A DNA stretch of 38,208 bases from Octopus bimaculoides (lineage: Eukaryota): assembly GCF_001194135.2 (NCBI RefSeq), contig NC_068981.1:117858713-117896920 (forward strand). Reading direction: 5' to 3'. The translations under genes were made by a program, and so were the position numbers. Below the pieces are notes generated by a model. The model had not been told where the DNA came from. It worked only from the letters and a program-made list of their open reading frames with translations, and searched no databases. This document shows positions 10,980 through 23,322 of this stretch, one piece after another (the first letter of the stretch is position 1; each line of letters opens with the position of its first letter).

Positions 10980-11333
10980 ACACACACATATCACATACAG
11001 TGAAGTAAGGTATTATGGTTAATGACTTCACAAGTTCATGCCTACGTCTCCTGAACCAGAAGCTGCCTTGTGTTCAAAAAGCAAAGTTTATTCAATTCAA
11101 GTTGCCCCAGCCTACTTAGATTAAGCTGTGTACCAGTTGAGCGCTACTGAAGCTCTCACATCCTCGATTTTCCGCAGGGTCAATGGGCAGAGAGGCCAGA
11201 GTTAACTATGACTACTGGTGAAAGGACAAGCAGATCAATCAATCAGCGAATTGATGATACTTCCCACAAATTTATCCTTCTTTACGAGTATCGGGTATGC
11301 TTTCATATATATAAATGAATATGTATGTGTGTT

Positions 11334-11386
<53 letters not shown>

Positions 11387-11466
11387 TTGTGCATTTACGT
11401 GCGTGTAGTTACGTTTATATATCCGTGCATATAGGTATGTATGCACACAAACATACTTGCATATAC

Positions 11467-11507
<41 letters not shown>

Positions 11508-11607
11508 NNNNNNNNNNNNNNNNNNNNNNNNNNNNNNNNNNNNNNNNNNNNNNNNNNNNNNNNNNNNNNNNNNNNNNNNNNNNNNNNNNNNNNNNNNNNN
11601 NNNNNNN

Positions 11608-11710
11608 TCTTTCAGTTTCCGTCTACCAAATCTACTCACAAGGCTTTAGTCGGCCCGTCGCTATAATAGAACACAGGTGCCCAAGGTGCCACGCAGTGGG
11701 ATTGAACCTA
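11608..11710 (-). mobile_element. SINE head/core fragment
   Basis: Reverse complement of GGTTCAATCCC (B box)-ACTGCGTGGCACCTTGGGCA...TTGGTAGACGGAAACTGAAAGA. Confidence 0.8.
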
Positions 11711-11739
11711 CGGGTGAGTGTATGTGTGTGTGTGTGTGT

Positions 11740-11798
<59 letters not shown>

Positions 11799-11799
<1 letters not shown>

Positions 11800-11990
11800 T
11801 CTTTTCTTTCGTCCTTTTACATGTTTCACCTGTTCAAACGCAGCATGTTAGGGTTTAAGCGAGGAAATCAATTCCTGATCTTATTTGAGACCTAGTATTC
11901 GGTCTTCCGGTGTACCGTATTACAAAGTTATAAGGAGCTAAATAAATACCAGCCGCCAAGCCGTAGAAAACAAATACACATAGACACAAC
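11799..11990 (-). mobile_element. Highly degraded SINE tail
   Basis: Minus strand has GAATACTAGGTCTCAAATAAG...GAAACATGTAAAAGGACGAAAGAAAAG, similar to other tail copies. Confidence 0.5.
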
Positions 11991-13684
11991 TCGAACTAAC
12001 GCACTTCGCTGTGTGTAAGAATTTTACTTTACAACCACATCGTATAACGTTCAGTCCCATTATGTAACAGTTGGGTACGTGACTTCTATTATAGCCAGAG
12101 GACGACCGAATCTTTTGAGTGCATTTGGTAGACAGAGACAGAAAGAAGGCTGTCATGAGTGTGTTCGTGTGAGTGTATGTATGTGTATGTGTGTGCGTGT
12201 TCATGTGTGTGTGTATGTGAGTGCATGTGTGCATGTGTATGCAATTGTGTGTGCATGTGTGTTTGTCATGGCTGCAGTCAAATAAGTAAAACAAGTAAAA
12301 GAATAAAATATATATAGAGAGAATTACATATATTGTTATATTTCAGGATAGTCATCTTTATTTTTGTTTTTGATGGGGATGCGCCACATTAACACATGGA
12401 CCTTATATTCGTTCTTTAGTTACTTCATAATCAATTTCTTACTGTTCTTATTTTATGTCTAGAAATCTTCCGTCACACACCCTGTGACCTCTTCAGAGGC
12501 TCTCCATCCTACGTGCTTCCCTCTATTCTCCTTAGTCCATTCTGTTTTTCTATGGCGTGTATCCTTACCTGCGCAAACGTTTGCCTCTGTATCTTTGTGT
12601 GTATGTGTGTGCTCGTGCGTGTGTGTACGCATGTCTTTTTTTGTATGTGTGCTTTTGTGCGTGTATATAGGTTTGCATACTATTGTGTTTGTGTTTGAGC
12701 CCTGTATTTAGGTTTATCTTCACTTATCTACTCATATATCTGCCACATTTTTCCCCATTTCGTCTTAGATATGTGTAGGTGTGTCCTTTGTGTGTGTGCA
12801 TATGGGCTTATGTATTATACTGTTTTTATCTGGGTCTTTTCTTATTCTCATTCTGACTTAGTCTTCATGTTGGGTAGTGTAGTATTGCGGGTGCTAGTGC
12901 TCCATTCCTGTTTTGTGTTGAGGCTCTGTCTGTCAATTACTACGTTTGTGGCCTCTGTAATCTAAGTGTCATGCCTGTTCTATGCGTTTATAATACCTTA
13001 ATATCTATGTTGTTAATTGAACCTCTGTATTCTAATAGCGCATGTTGGTAGAGCACTGAGGAGCTTTTCTCCTGTTTGCGCTCCCGCCAATATTAACCCA
13101 TCTGATCCCTATGCTACATGCTGTCAACCCAATGCAGGTTGTTGTCTTGTTTCTGCAGGGAGAAAGAAAACTAAAAAAAAGGGTACGGATACAAACAGTA
13201 TAGTAACAAAGCCACCCACGCACAAAAAAAAACACGCATATAAAACATATAGACAGGCGTACACACACGCATGCACACACACGCGCGCATGCTCACACAC
13301 ACGCATGCACATACACACGCATGCACACATACACGCATGCGCACACACGATTGCACACACATATACACACACACATGTACACACAAAGAACTGATACAAA
13401 CGTATGCACAGATAAAGATAGACAATATGGACTAAACGGAGCAGGAAGAGACAGATAAAGAGTCGCTGAAGATGTGACAGGATGTGTGACGAAAGATTTC
13501 CAGACGACATAAAATAAATAAATAATTCTGAAATGCTGAACGAATGTATAGCGCGTGTGATTTTGGCAAAGCAAGAATGACCATCATTAAATATAACAAT
13601 AGCTGCTTCAACACAAGTTTTCACATCAGGAATCTTGCAAAACAAATACATAAATATATGTATAAATATATGTGTCTCTGGTAT

Positions 13685-13720
<36 letters not shown>

Positions 13721-13815
13721 TAAAGAAAATGAAGAGTTTGAACAGAGTATAATCAATTTATTTACATCTTGTCAGTGGTATAAGCTTACATTTTTGTCCA
13801 TATCTACTTTCATTT

Positions 13816-13907
13816 AAAGTTTACATTCTCGCAAGTAGGTACATGTTAACGCGTGGGAGATTCGATCTATGTGTTAACATGTACCCCCTTGCGACAATGT
13901 AAATTTT
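13816..13907 (+). other. Stem-loop with 40-bp arms and 12-nt loop
   Basis: 13816-13855 pairs with 13868-13907: 33 Watson-Crick pairs, 4 G-U pairs and 3 mismatches on the + strand. Confidence 0.9.
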
Positions 13908-14034
13908 ATTTAATCAAGATATACCTAGCCTGAAGAGTATCTTGCGGTATACACTTCACTTGGATATTTTCCACTTCTGCGGTTCCGCTCGCTATGAAAT
14001 ATATGTAGCCCAGATCCTATCTATTCCATTCCTT

Positions 14035-14077
<43 letters not shown>

Positions 14078-14625
14078 GTAAGAACTTGAATGAAAAAAAA
14101 ATTCTGGTTTTGTTCCTGTGAGGGCTTGACCATGAATTATATTTGTCCTAGAACACGTCCATTTTAAATATAAAGTGGATTAGTTGAAATTGTTTACTTG
14201 GTCTTCGGAAGAATGTATTTTGGGAGTAGTTGAGATGTTCCTTGTTATTTTGAATCTATATATTTGTGCGTACATGTTTGTTTACGTGTGTGTATATGCG
14301 TGTGTATGTGTGCAGAAAAACGTGTGGTGAATTTTTGGAGGCTTGGCTATAGAGAGGGAATAAAAGAGACAAAAACTGGAAGAAATAAAGGAAGGAGAGA
14401 GTTATTTTTCTGGAATGGTTGAAATTGATGACAGGTCCAAAAAATTTAGTCATTGTGTGACTTATAGTATTTTTACTCAGTTGTCATCTTACCTAGGAGC
14501 AGAAATTACAATCTATCAACTGCTTTTGAAAGATCTTTTAAGTGTGATAGTATATGTGTGCGTGTGTCTCTGTGAGTTTAAACGTGTGTACGTGTTGTCT
14601 GTGTGTAGGTGCATGTGTGTGTTGT

Positions 14626-14714
<89 letters not shown>

Positions 14715-15667
14715 GTGTGTGTTGTGGTGTGTGATGCTTGGCAAAGGCAATTGTTTCACTTAATTTTGGAACAGTATTGAGAATATCGATTGGCTTCAGT
14801 GAAAAGAATCATGGAAATATTTATGAGAGGTAATTGAGACATAATTCAAGAACGGAGCGGAGTAAACGACGTGATCGCCGAATTTGCGGTTCGCTACTCA
14901 TAAAGCACAATGAATTTAATTTAAGTTACAAGTGTGAAAATGATATCTTAAGTACAATCTTTAAAAAGAAAATGTGAAATATTTCATTTCTTAAAGCATC
15001 AAATTGAATATTTGCCCTACGTATAAGTCTGCATCGATATATACCAACATTCCCTCCAATATGAAAGAAGCAGCCATTGATACAGGAAATTTGGGATTTG
15101 TTTTTCCCTACGTAAACTTCCTAAAAATCACTAAGCATGTAGTGAGAAGTACTTAAAAAGCGCATAAAATACCTGAAGGTGAGGATGTGAACATAACTTC
15201 TCTGTACATTAAGAGTGACGCAAAAAGTTTATCAAAATATCTCTTGGGGACATTATTAGTTTTCTAATAAGGTTGTTTTTAAACCGACATATTCTGTCTC
15301 AACAACAACAAAATTAAATGCGAGCACCGTGTCCGGTCACATATATATATGAAATATCTTTTATTATATTAATGTGTATAACAGTGCTTCAGTAGGTAGA
15401 TATTTTTGCGTACGTGTATCTATTCAAATACGATAGAATTTGAGATAAGCTACTAAATAATGATCACTGAATTTAAAATGAAGTTTCATAAAAAAACCGA
15501 AGTCGTGCATATGAAGTGTTTCCTACCATTTTAAAAGAATATCTTTGCATTCGCTTTAATGTTTATGCATCTCAATATGCCTCATAACTATATGATCGAG
15601 ATGCATGCATATATATATTGTATACATGTATCTACCTAAATACAAACTCTCACATACACACACATAA

Positions 15668-15702
<35 letters not shown>

Positions 15703-16099
15703 TGCATATGCATGAATATATGTACCCATATATATGTATGTATGCATGTATGTATCTATCTATAGGTAGGTGTGCGTGTATATATGTACAACTTTGGTTA
15801 CAAACGAAAGAAAACTAACTCAATATATGACCCAGAGTTTATACTTAGTAGGGCATATTGTATGATACACTTCGTTGCTATTAAAACATTCGTGCACATT
15901 CTCTGGAATAGGAAATTATGAAGAAATTACAGTATAAAGAAAAAAATGTATTGAAACGATTCTGCTTCGGTCGAGTCACATTGGTAGAGAACGTTCAGCT
16001 AATGAAATTTCTATAGACGACTTCAGCAGTTATCTTTTAATGAAAATACTCAAATTTAATATGTTTTTTTTTTGGGGGGGGGGGGAATAACTACTCTGC

Positions 16100-16810
16100 A
16101 ACACTTTATTTAGTCGGTCGGGTGGGTCAGATCGTTTCGGAAGAACTGCCTTCAGTGATCACATTTACTTTTAAGGTCTTAGAATATGTCGGTCGGCAGA
16201 ACGTGCAGTTTTGTATCTATGGAGACTCTTTGTCCATGATGTTCCAGGATTTTCGGACGTGGTCTCCAAGTTTCTAAACTAAATATTACGAAGTGGTGCA
16301 TTTCTCATATCCCTCAACCTAAACGAGTGTAAGTTGTATCTAGTATCAGGTATGCCATGTGCTTTCAGTGTGTCATGTATAATTCCTTCCGATACCGGCA
16401 GAAAATATTGGAGTGACGATATACTACTGATATAGAGTTTCTGTGAGGAGCGAGTTGAGATGTTTCTGGTTTCTGTTTAGATGTATGTATTATGATGTGA
16501 TGTGAAAGAAGCAGTGCAATATATAGGCAAGACTAGCTGACCTTAAAGTTTTTACAGTTGAAAAGTTTAATTTGTACGTATGTGGGAAATGTTGCTGTAT
16601 TTTGTATAGGGATTTTCTGGTTATAATTGTGGCTACATTTATATATAAATGTGAATTAAACTAGTTCTTCTTTACTCTTTCTGCTTCTTCTTTTAAAGTT
16701 CTTCTTGTATTCTAGTTTCTTGCTCAATCTTTGTTAATATGTTGCTGTAAAGGGGAACATTGTAAAATATTCAATCGGTAATTTACTTACACTGGGTGCA
16801 AGTATCCTTA
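16100..16810 (-). mobile_element. Degraded Penelope-like retroelement fragment (RT C-terminus to GIY-YIG C-terminus)
   Basis: Minus-strand remnants FYNVPLYSNILTKI, LYKIQQHFPHTYKL and SWNIMDKESP*IQNCTFC resemble Penelope-like WFNPP..., KHFP and W.ILDK..PY..C..C motifs. A hammerhead-like CTGAAGG...CCGAAACGATC follows at 16130-16155. Confidence 0.6.
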
Positions 16811-18187
16811 TTGTAACTAACACTTTGCAATACTGTCAAATTTAATTTTAAAATTTATCATAGGTTTGCTTCTTCCACTAGGACTTACTTCATTTTCTTC
16901 TCTCTCCATCTTTCTCTCACTCTCTGTTACGTCACTCCTTCGATCTTTCCGTTATCATCTCTGCACCCGTTCTCTCACATTCTTTAGTGTCCCTACTCTG
17001 ACCAACATGCAACCACCGACCTTCTTTACCATGAACTCATGAACGCCATACACTTCATTCCTCCCCATCTCCTCCACTCTCTTTTAACTGGTTTTCACGA
17101 AAGTCTAAATTTCTATTTACCTTTGCATTATTATCTCTATATCCCTTTGCTTCATTCTAAATCGTAAACATAAACACCATTATATTAAGTTGTCAGACCA
17201 CATTCTTCATCCTAATCGTAAAACGCTATATATTTTGTATTAAGACATTATTGTAATTATTGTAATTGATCTGTCTTTTATGCAAATGATTTTCTTAATC
17301 AACATTGGCACATACTGAAAGGTGCATACCTTCTTTTTAGTGCCGAAATTTCATTGATTGTCTGCTACAAAACTGTTCAAAAGGGGGTAATTTAACATCT
17401 GGTTTGTCCTTTGTTCTTTCATCACTGTCTTTTTCCTTTCATTTACTATCATAAATATATGATGATATGTATGTGTGTGCGAACAGATATATGTAAATGC
17501 GTATATATAAGTACACATAGGTACATATAAATGCGTGTTATTTTCGTATAATTCTCGTAACATAACAGTTTCCTATTTTCTCTTTCTCTTGTTTCATGTT
17601 TGTTACACTTCTATGGGAATCATGAAGTATTAAATCTGTTTAAAGTATTTTACATTAGTATGTTTCCTTAATTTTCATAATCACCTTTCAACACATTTAT
17701 ATTTCATTGCTCGTGCAAATTTTATATGTATTAGAATGGAATTTAAGTGAAAGTTAAATTTTAGAAACTTGTGCATAACATACAAGGGTACAAGAAAAAG
17801 TAAGAGAGGCACAAACAGAGATATCTATTTCCAAAACATGCTAACAAAACACGGTAAGGAACAGGAATGCGCCCAATTTTGTTAGTTAAGAATGAATCTT
17901 ACGTAACTTTCTTCATTCACCGATCTGGACTTAAAGGTTGTTGTCATTTAGAAACGGTAGCAAACGCTGTTGTGTGCTTAAATTCAGATTCTGGTTGTGG
18001 TGAAGTTTGTGAGTTTGGGAAAACGATGCTGGATAGATACTAGAAACCGTAATTATGAATTTAAGGACGTTTTTACATACAAACGAATGCAAATAACATA
18101 ATATATTGATGCAGGATATGACGAACAATGATTGTGAGCAATAAAGATTTCCGTGCATACCATTTTCCGTCCTATCGTTTGTGTTAA

Positions 18188-19510
18188 ACGAAGTAGTATC
18201 AAAAGGTTCCCGGGCTAGTTATGTTTAATAAGAAATAACTTATTTACCTAAGTTTTAACATCATCTCCTTCGAAATAGTCACCTTGCGCAGCAATACACC
18301 GGTCCCAGAGTTCTTGCCACTTTTCGAATCTGGCCTGGAAGCCTTTACCGTAAGCGAGTCGAGGACACTCTGCGATTCGCTCTGGAATCTCGTTAACGGT
18401 GTTAAAACAATGACTTTGAGATGCATTTATCATCTTGGGGAAGAGATGGAAGCCGTCAGGTGCTAAATCTGGTGAATGGTGACGGTGCGGGAGCGATACC
18501 ATGTTGTTTATTGCGAAAAATTCACGAGTGAGGAGAATTCGGTGACAGGGTCCATTATCGTCGTGAAGAATCCAATACTTCGCGCTTCACATACGCAATC
18601 ACTTTCGCCGAATGCCCCCCCCCCACACACACACACAGACAAACGCTTCAAAGCATCACAGTTGAAGTTTCGATTGACAGTTTGGTCGTGGCTGTGTGGT
18701 AAAAAGCTTGTTTCCCCACCACATGGTTCCGGGCTCAGTCCCACTGCTTCGCACCTTGGGCAAGTGTCATCTACTATAGCCTCGGGCCGACCAAAGCCTT
18801 CTGAGAGGATTTGGTAGACGGAAACTAAAAGAAGTCCGTCGTGTATATATATGTGTGTGTGTGTGTTTGTGTGTATTTATGTGTGTGTTTCTTTGTGTCT
18901 GTGTTTGTCCCCCACCAACATTTGACAACCGATGTTAGTGTATTTACGCCCCCTAACTCAGCGTTTTGGCAAAAGACCCCGATAGAATAAACACTAGGCT
19001 TGCAAATAATAAGTCCTGGGTTCGATTTGTTCGACTAAAGGTAGTGATCCAGCATGGCCGCAGTCAAATGACTGAAATGTGTAAAAGAGTAAAGTACCAC
19101 ATTCCCGGCGGAAGACGCTCGTGGCAGGTTTTCCAGATCGCTCATCGTCTCCCGAGGATGTTCTTCCTCTTTTGAAGCGCCTGTGCCACTCGAAACATTG
19201 CTTACCACCCTTTGCCATGTTTCTGTAATCTTACCGAAGTATGAGTCAATGTCTCTGTAGTACACTTCCCAATTTCAACACCAAATTTCACGTTGGCTCC
19301 CTTTTTTTATCCATGATAAAAATCACAGATTACAGCATACACATGATCACAAAAACACAAATTGTACAACTTGAGAAGTAAACACAGCAATGTCACTCGG
19401 CACACTGTCTCATAAAGATCACTGCTAGCCCTCACTGCGCACGCAACCCTGTGCTGACATCTGTTGGCGCGCTACATAACTAGTCCGGAAACGTTTTGAT
19501 ACCCTCTCGT
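18188..19510 (-). mobile_element. Internally deleted mariner (DD34D) element with both TIRs
   Basis: 32-bp TIRs at 18188-18219 and 19479-19510 (25/32 identical). N-terminal HTH CFEWHRRFKRGRTS...DDERSGKPATS. C-terminal WILHDDNGPCH and HSPDLAPDGFHLFPK...WDRCIAAQGDYFEGD. Confidence 0.92.
18684..19095 (+). mobile_element. Near full-length tRNA-derived SINE inserted in the mariner
   Basis: A-box-like TGGCTGTGTGG, B-box-like GGCTCAGTCCC, core CACCTTGGGCAAG...GGATTTGGTAGACGGAAAC, internal (TA)/(TG) tract, and tail CAGCATGGCCGCAGTCAAATGACTGAAA...GTAAAAGAGTAAAG. Confidence 0.88.
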
Positions 19511-19525
19511 GTGTGTGTGTGTGAT

Positions 19526-19563
<38 letters not shown>

Positions 19564-19589
19564 GTGTGTGTGCATTTATTATATCACCT

Positions 19590-19880
19590 TGATATCGTTA
19601 CACTCTACCGCTCTCCTCACTAAGAGTGTTATCTCTTCCCTCCCCTAATGCGCCTAATACTTCGTCCTCCCCTTACCTCCTCCTTCCCCCCTCTCTCCCT
19701 CCGACTCTAATCCTGATTTATTTATCTTTCAAAAATCAATTGACATTTCTTTTCTCCCCGACGAAAGTCTGTCCCCGAAATGTTTGACTTCTATTATTCA
19801 CCTCGACATCAAACATATTTTCCGAACTATTTGCAATACTGTTTTCTGACGCTGGGCGTCACTGCTTTCTTCGTGTTCTA
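19590..19880 (+). repeat. Possible Penelope-like terminal remnant
   Basis: Pyrimidine-rich leader followed by CCGACGAAAGTCTGTCCCCGAAATGTT (19758-19784), a degenerate CTGANGA...GAAA motif. Confidence 0.3.
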
Positions 19881-20499
19881 ATCGACATTATTATATTTTT
19901 TTAATTATGTGTGTATATGTATGAATGTGGAGTTTATGTATATCCATATATATGACTAGGTTTTTCTTTTTGTGTGTATATACTTGTATTTAGAATGACA
20001 GTTTATTATTTATTCATGTCTGGTTAAATACGTGACTTGAAATGCCACTGATAAAATTTTAAAATAGAGTTTCGTATTGTATAACATTTACGTTGTTAGA
20101 GCAGTAAGCAAGTGTGTTAATATTTCTTATTCAAATGATACGAAGGGATAGCCGAAGCCTAGAACATTTTGTGACAATAGTCTTCGCTTGTTGTTAGTTA
20201 TAGGTGATGGAACATTCAAGGATTTAATGTTTACTGTGAAAGAGCACTTCGTTGGGAACTTCAGCTCAAAGAATGGTAATGACAGAGGTTAGGAATTATA
20301 TGATTAATCGGTGATAGGATGAGACAATTTGCATGTGTTATGCAAGCCTAATGACAGGTATATTCGTTGATAAATGAATGTATAATATTTATTGATATTT
20401 TTACTGCTGTACATATAGAGAGTGTGATAGATTTTTGAGGACACTTTTGGCCCTTTAAACCGAATGTACATTGATAAAAATTTGCTCACATTTTCCTTA

Positions 20500-21560
20500 T
20501 AAGTTTTTTTATGAGATTATTTCTAAATATCTACCTTCAACTTCGATGACTACTTCAATGCGAGGCTGGAACCGTTGAAAGGCCTACACTAAAAGTTTTT
20601 TATTTATTTCTGACATCACTTAGACAATGGCGGCCCTCAGTGAGGATGTCGATGAGACTTCCTTTCAACAACGCTCTACGCATAGTAATGTATGGAAATC
20701 TTTCTAGTTTAGAGCCCACAAGTTTGGTGTTACATAGTGTTATAGATTGTCTGACATCCATTCTTGGATTATGTCGGCTATGTTAGAATGTGAAGAGCTT
20801 TGTTGAAACAGACATAGCCTTCCGCTACGTACTTCATTTATCCAGGGCTTAACAACTGTCTCCAGTGCCTCAACGTATCCAGCAGCATTCATTTTAGAAC
20901 CCCGTGGAAAAATATGAGATGGTATGACAGATCCTTCGTTACTTGCCACTCCTAAAACCATCATAGTTGCTGCAAACCTTTGCATCACTTTGAGGACATC
21001 AGAAGGATCTACACATAACCATCTGCCAATTTTCCGGTTAGATTTTTGGTCTTGGTTGAAGTTTTTCTCATCAGGGAAGAACCAGAATATGTCATGTTAG
21101 TGGGGAGCTTTAATCTTGATAAGTAACTGCTTGTCAACGATCGAGCAGTTTTTCTGTGTTTTGCTGACATGGATTGACTACTACTTGTATCGAATGTCCT
21201 CGTACACCACAGTTATGATAGACAACTTGGACGCCTGAAGTTATTTGGATATGGCTTTATTGATTTTCCAGTATCATTATCAATAATGCTTAGAATCCGC
21301 TGAATGAATTATGGTGTCGTTTATGACATCTGAAAATTTTAAGTACTTTTCTTCTTTGATAGAGTTGAACCATTTCCGCAGGAGCCTTCCAATTCCATGC
21401 GAACTTTGTGATCTTGTGACATTTAGAAGTTTGGCAATTTCTAAACCATATGGTTCCTTACATATAGCACTGTTTCCTGGATGACTTTTCATTTCTTTTG
21501 TGAGCATTTTATCTGTCATGGGGGATCTGAAAAAAAAAAACAAGAACTTTTAATTGATTT
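20500..21560 (-). mobile_element. Near full-length maT/Bmmar1-like (DD37D) transposase pseudogene
   Basis: N-terminal LEIAKLLNV, then WFFPDEKNFNQDQK...WLCVDPSD, ATMMVLGVASNEG...HIFPRG...VVKPWI...FQQ and C-terminal FQPRIEVVIEVEGRYLE. Many stops and frameshifts. TIRs not resolved. Confidence 0.85.
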
Positions 21561-22407
21561 GAAGAGAGGATTATACTGATAATTATTTCTCCTGAAATTT
21601 TTGCAACCAATATAATCCATATACGATGTGTATATACAGGTGTATATGTTTAAAAATTCAGTTACTGACCACTTGTTTGGTTTATTCGGACTTGGATGTT
21701 CATTTATACTTAATATTATAACAGAGTAGAAGTTGATGATGGCTATTATTGCTTTTATTATATTAATGTATGCTTCGGAGGATATCGAAACCTGAACATA
21801 TGCTTCATTAACATTTTAGTTAAGAACATCTAGCCCGACAATTATTGCAAAGTGCAAGCGACTTGTTTAAAGGGCTTTCTTTTAAGAAGACTAGGGTAAA
21901 AACTTGTGTAGACAGTAAAGAGTGACCAGCGATTCAGCCATAGCAGATGTAGTCTATGGTAGTCACCTAGGTTAATGATTTCTGTTGCAAATACAGATCG
22001 AGACAAATAGCTTATGATGAACTAGGCAGATTAAGGTGGTGTCGAGAGAGAGCATAAAAAATAGAGGCATATGAAGACTCAAAGTCACTGCAATAATTAT
22101 TGATAAAATCTAGAGGTCAGTTTTGGGGAGAGCGGTTTCTTAAGATATTAGTTACCTTGGAAAGCCTGAAATAAATCTAAGACAGAGGGACGGAATGGAG
22201 ACAAGAGATGAGATATTGGTATGGAAGAAAAGAACAATCTGAGCGAGTGTTTTTATCGTTTAGTAACGAGGGAAAACACAATTTCCATGACATTGTTTTT
22301 TGGTAGCTTTCGAGACTGACGAGCGTGAGAGAAAATGTTTTGCCATGTCTGTCTGTTTGTCCGTCTATCTATCTTATCTCTCTCTCTCTCTCTCTCTCTC
22401 TCTATAC

Positions 22408-22439
<32 letters not shown>

Positions 22440-23056
22440 ATTTATCGATCTATATATCTATCGATCTATATATCTATGAACATTCCTATCTACCTAACTA
22501 ATTACATAACTAGATAACAAGGTAACTGGTGGTATTAAACAGGTTAAGTCTATATGTTGATGGGTGGAATCTAGACTTGACCAACGTTCACAGTTGTTCG
22601 CAAGAAGGAGAATTTATTTTGTTTTTTAATTTTCTCAACTTTTATTTTTGGTTGTCTTTCATGAATTGTGTAGGTAAATATTCTAACACCACTCATAATA
22701 TGTTCCAAACAATCACTTCTCTCCGTTTAAGTAGCCTAAATAGAAGTCTGTTGCCACTGTTTTTCAGATTCTCAAAAATCTTTTTCTCTAGGTCTGTCCT
22801 TTGAGAATAACTAAAATATGCCATCAATTTTTTTTTTATATTCAGCACTTACATAGCCAAATTCGTTCATCTATTTTCCTGATTTTATTAGAAGAAATTG
22901 ATTTTCTTTATTGCCGGTAAGAAATATGTTGGTTGAAGAAAACGTGTGTAAAGTAACTGCAGTTTCTTATACAAGTAATATCAATGAATTGTCACTGCGC
23001 TCTTAGACATATTTCAGCAAGTGTTTGACGGCCGCAGCAACAATATTAAAATCTTT

Positions 23057-23088
<32 letters not shown>

Positions 23089-23322
23089 TATATCCGATAT
23101 TCAATAAAAGAGTTACAGAATAATTTTTCTCTTTTCTATATTTATCATGTTTTTTTTCGTATCTCCTCTTCTCTCATTTATCATTTTTTTTTTGTCTATA
23201 CATCAATGTTATAGTTGCTGTTTCAAAATTCCATTTCTCTCCGCTGCATGTATCTAGGGTTTGGTATTAAATGGTAAGTTTAAACTGAGACTACAAAGTA
23301 GAAATAATTGATATGTATGTTG

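Noticed and set aside
17870-18050. 58-codon Cys-containing ORF (MRPILL...CGEVCEFGKTMLDRY)
   Set aside because: No recognisable domain or convincing splice context; this length arises by chance.
22310-22340. CTGACGAG...GAAA hammerhead-like string
   Set aside because: Stem II cannot close (no C before GAAA) and no flanking helices form.
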